A stretch of DNA of 26,984 bases, taken from IMG/VR virus record IMGVR_UViG_3300017989_000388, positions 1-26,984 of that record; one strand, 5' to 3'. Below, one piece after another: positions 25,369 through 26,984 of the stretch; positions within the stretch are counted from its first letter, which is position 1, and each line of letters opens with the position of its first letter. The translations under genes were made by a program, and so were the position numbers. Source of the DNA: a virus. Taxonomy: Duplodnaviria; Caudoviricetes. The notes beneath the pieces are model-generated. The model worked only from the letters and a program-made list of their open reading frames with translations, made no database searches and was not told the DNA's origin.

Positions 25369-26461
25369 TCTGTTCCTCCACTTGTTCAACTAGGCGTTTG
25401 GCGGCGTATCGCATCTTGCCAACCTTGGCCGGGGTTAAATCCTCGTAGCCTTCGTTGGTCAAGATTTTGCAGATCGTCGTGGCGCTCATCCCCTCGTCTT
25501 CCGCCATCGTGAGAATCCGCTGCGAAAGCGTGTCGAGCAGCGGATTGTCCCCTTCGTGTGGACTTTTCGGAATGACTTCGTCGACCAGCTTCTGCCAAGC
25601 GGCGTCGTTGATCGCGTCGTTGGTCTCGACCGCCTGCTCGTGCATCGACTTCGGCCGGGTGTGCAAAGTCTCGCTGTAGTCGACCGGCAGCTTGACGTTC
25701 AGTTCGACCGCCTTGGTGACGATCTCCTCGCGGGTCACTTCGGGGTACATCTTTTGCAGTTGTTTCAGCGAGACCCCCGCTTCGATGTGCATCTCGATCG
25801 GCTCGGCCGGCTTGTCGGGGGTTGGCGTCAGCGCCTCGATCTCCCGTTTGCGGGCTTTACGTTTCTCCCAGTCCTCCTCGACTGACTCGCGGTACTCGCG
25901 ATCGTGAGTCGATTCCTTGGGGTAGTGTTCGGCGTAGGGGAAGTCGTCGCCGACCTCGTTGTTGTTTTTCTTTAAGTAGAGGTAGATCCGCTGTGTCAAT
26001 GTCTCGTCGGGGCGACCGTCCGCGGTGAAATACTCGTACATTTTGGCGGCTTGCCGGATCGAGACACCGCCCGCCCCGCCCAGGCCGTCAATCAATTCAA
26101 CCAGTGGTTCCAAGGGGACACTGATAAACGGTCGCGTGGCTTGCACGGCCGCGTCGAGCGCCATCCACATCCGCTCGGTCCCCTCTTGCGGGGTGCCGGG
26201 GATGTCGGCCTCGATCGCCCTGCGCCAGCGGGTCCATTCATCAAGGAACACCTCGGCGGCTAGTACCATGCCGCGATCTTCCAGCGGGTAGTCTTCGTCC
26301 TGGCACTCACCTTCAACCAAGGCGACCGCCCGTTCAATCTCCGCGTTGACGGCGGGCAACATGTAGCCCTGCTCGTTGGGCGCGGCGGCGGCCGAGTCGT
26401 TCATCCAATTGTCGCGGACCTCGTCGAGTAGTAGAATTGCTTGCTTGAGTCGTGTGTGCAT
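25340..26461 (-). CDS. Hypothetical protein with repeated HTH-like modules
   Basis: GVSIRQAAKMY, GVSLKQLQKMY and GMSATTICKIL segments. Confidence 0.7.
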   Translation of the reverse strand: MHTRLKQAILLLDEVRDNWMNDSAAAAPNEQGYMLPAVNAEIERAVALVEGECQDEDYPLEDRGMVLAAEVFLDEWTRWRRAIEADIPGTPQEGTERMWMALDAAVQATRPFISVPLEPLVELIDGLGGAGGVSIRQAAKMYEYFTADGRPDETLTQRIYLYLKKNNNEVGDDFPYAEHYPKESTHDREYRESVEEDWEKRKARKREIEALTPTPDKPAEPIEMHIEAGVSLKQLQKMYPEVTREEIVTKAVELNVKLPVDYSETLHTRPKSMHEQAVETNDAINDAAWQKLVDEVIPKSPHEGDNPLLDTLSQRILTMAEDEGMSATTICKILTNEGYEDLTPAKVGKMRYAAKRLVEQVEEQSESVATGTS

Positions 26462-26494
26462 TACTTGAAAAATCTCCTAAATGTCTTTTCGCTG

Positions 26495-26881
26495 TTACGG
26501 TTTTTGTGGGCTGAGGCTTTCCTCCGCCGCCCCGTCGATTGTCTTGCGTTGCAGCCCCTTTGATTTAAGCCACTCGTCAAAATCGTCGGGCTGGTTTTTG
26601 CCGCCCGCCGCCGTGTAAACGATGTCGAAGTTCTTGACGAGTTGCAGGGCCAGTGTCTTCTCTCGCCCAGGCATCGGCGACCATGACAACGCCCAACCAA
26701 CAACGGTGTCGGGGGCTGCCGGTCGCACTACCGGAACCGAAAACAATTTACTGACCAAGTAGCCCGCCCGCCGCCGCTTCTTGCGAATCTTCCGCGGCTG
26801 GTCGTACTGAGACACCGCACCCTTGAACGCTTGCACGTTCTTTTTCGGCAGCACGGCGAAATAGTTTTGTCGGTCGCTCAT
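26495..26881 (-). CDS. Hypothetical basic protein, 128 aa
   Basis: ATGA overlap with the upstream gene; same strand as the operon. Confidence 0.7.
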   Translation of the reverse strand: MSDRQNYFAVLPKKNVQAFKGAVSQYDQPRKIRKKRRRAGYLVSKLFSVPVVRPAAPDTVVGWALSWSPMPGREKTLALQLVKNFDIVYTAAGGKNQPDDFDEWLKSKGLQRKTIDGAAEESLSPQKP

Positions 26882-26984
26882 AGCCGCGTTGCTCCGTAGA
26901 GTGAAATCAGAGCGTCGTTTATGTGGTCGATCTGTCCATCGCTCATCGCGTAGCGGTAAGGGATGATGTGACCGAGTGTGCCAT
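26878..26984 (-). CDS. 3' end of an upstream gene, LamG/concanavalin-like C-terminus
   Basis: Translated by hand: GTLGHIIPYRYAMSDGQIDHINDALISLYGATRL*, resembling the terminal G.I.....Y..ALS...I motif of LamG domains. Confidence 0.45.
   Translation of the reverse strand, partial: GTLGHIIPYRYAMSDGQIDHINDALISLYGATRL

Noticed and set aside
1-26984. Frequent GTCGAC/TCGA/CGATCG words
   Set aside because: Plausibly due to GTC/ATC-GAC/GAG codon pairs in acidic GC-rich genes; cannot be called enriched without a codon-controlled count.
1-26984. tRNA, rRNA, CRISPR, intein, intron or IS elements; host assignment
   Set aside because: No such signatures seen; TerL and portal cores are of normal length. 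The host cannot be determined from this window.

Overview
A tailed-phage (Caudoviricetes) or prophage virion-morphogenesis operon, encoded entirely on the minus strand with many ATGA start/stop overlaps. In transcription order (right to left): end of a LamG-like gene, hypothetical, multi-HTH protein, TerS, TerL, KTSC-domain protein, 1201-aa Mu-gp29/DUF935-type portal, truncated UDP-glucose/GDP-mannose dehydrogenase, 1659-aa polyvalent protein, prohead protease-scaffold, DUF2190-like decoration protein, major capsid protein, Mu gp36-like adaptor, probable tail tube, tail chaperone pair with a -1 slippery site, very short tape-measure candidate, tail-tip proteins, a GT4 glycosyltransferase, and a tail protein running off the left edge that the ORF track missed. 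The most striking feature is an apparent virion cargo system. The portal is fused in frame to a sigma70/ECF-like sigma2+sigma4 module and a ParB/Srx domain. It shares a ~26-aa WxxxxGxxGxxG[WF]QNxRTGEVR tag (with 30-33 bp exact DNA repeats) with the polyvalent protein (ART-like, methyltransferase, membrane hairpin). Both proteins carry recurring aromatic-centred motifs at domain junctions that could be prohead-protease cut sites, plus beta-clamp-like and SSB-tail-like peptides. All family calls come from motif recognition by eye, not database searches.
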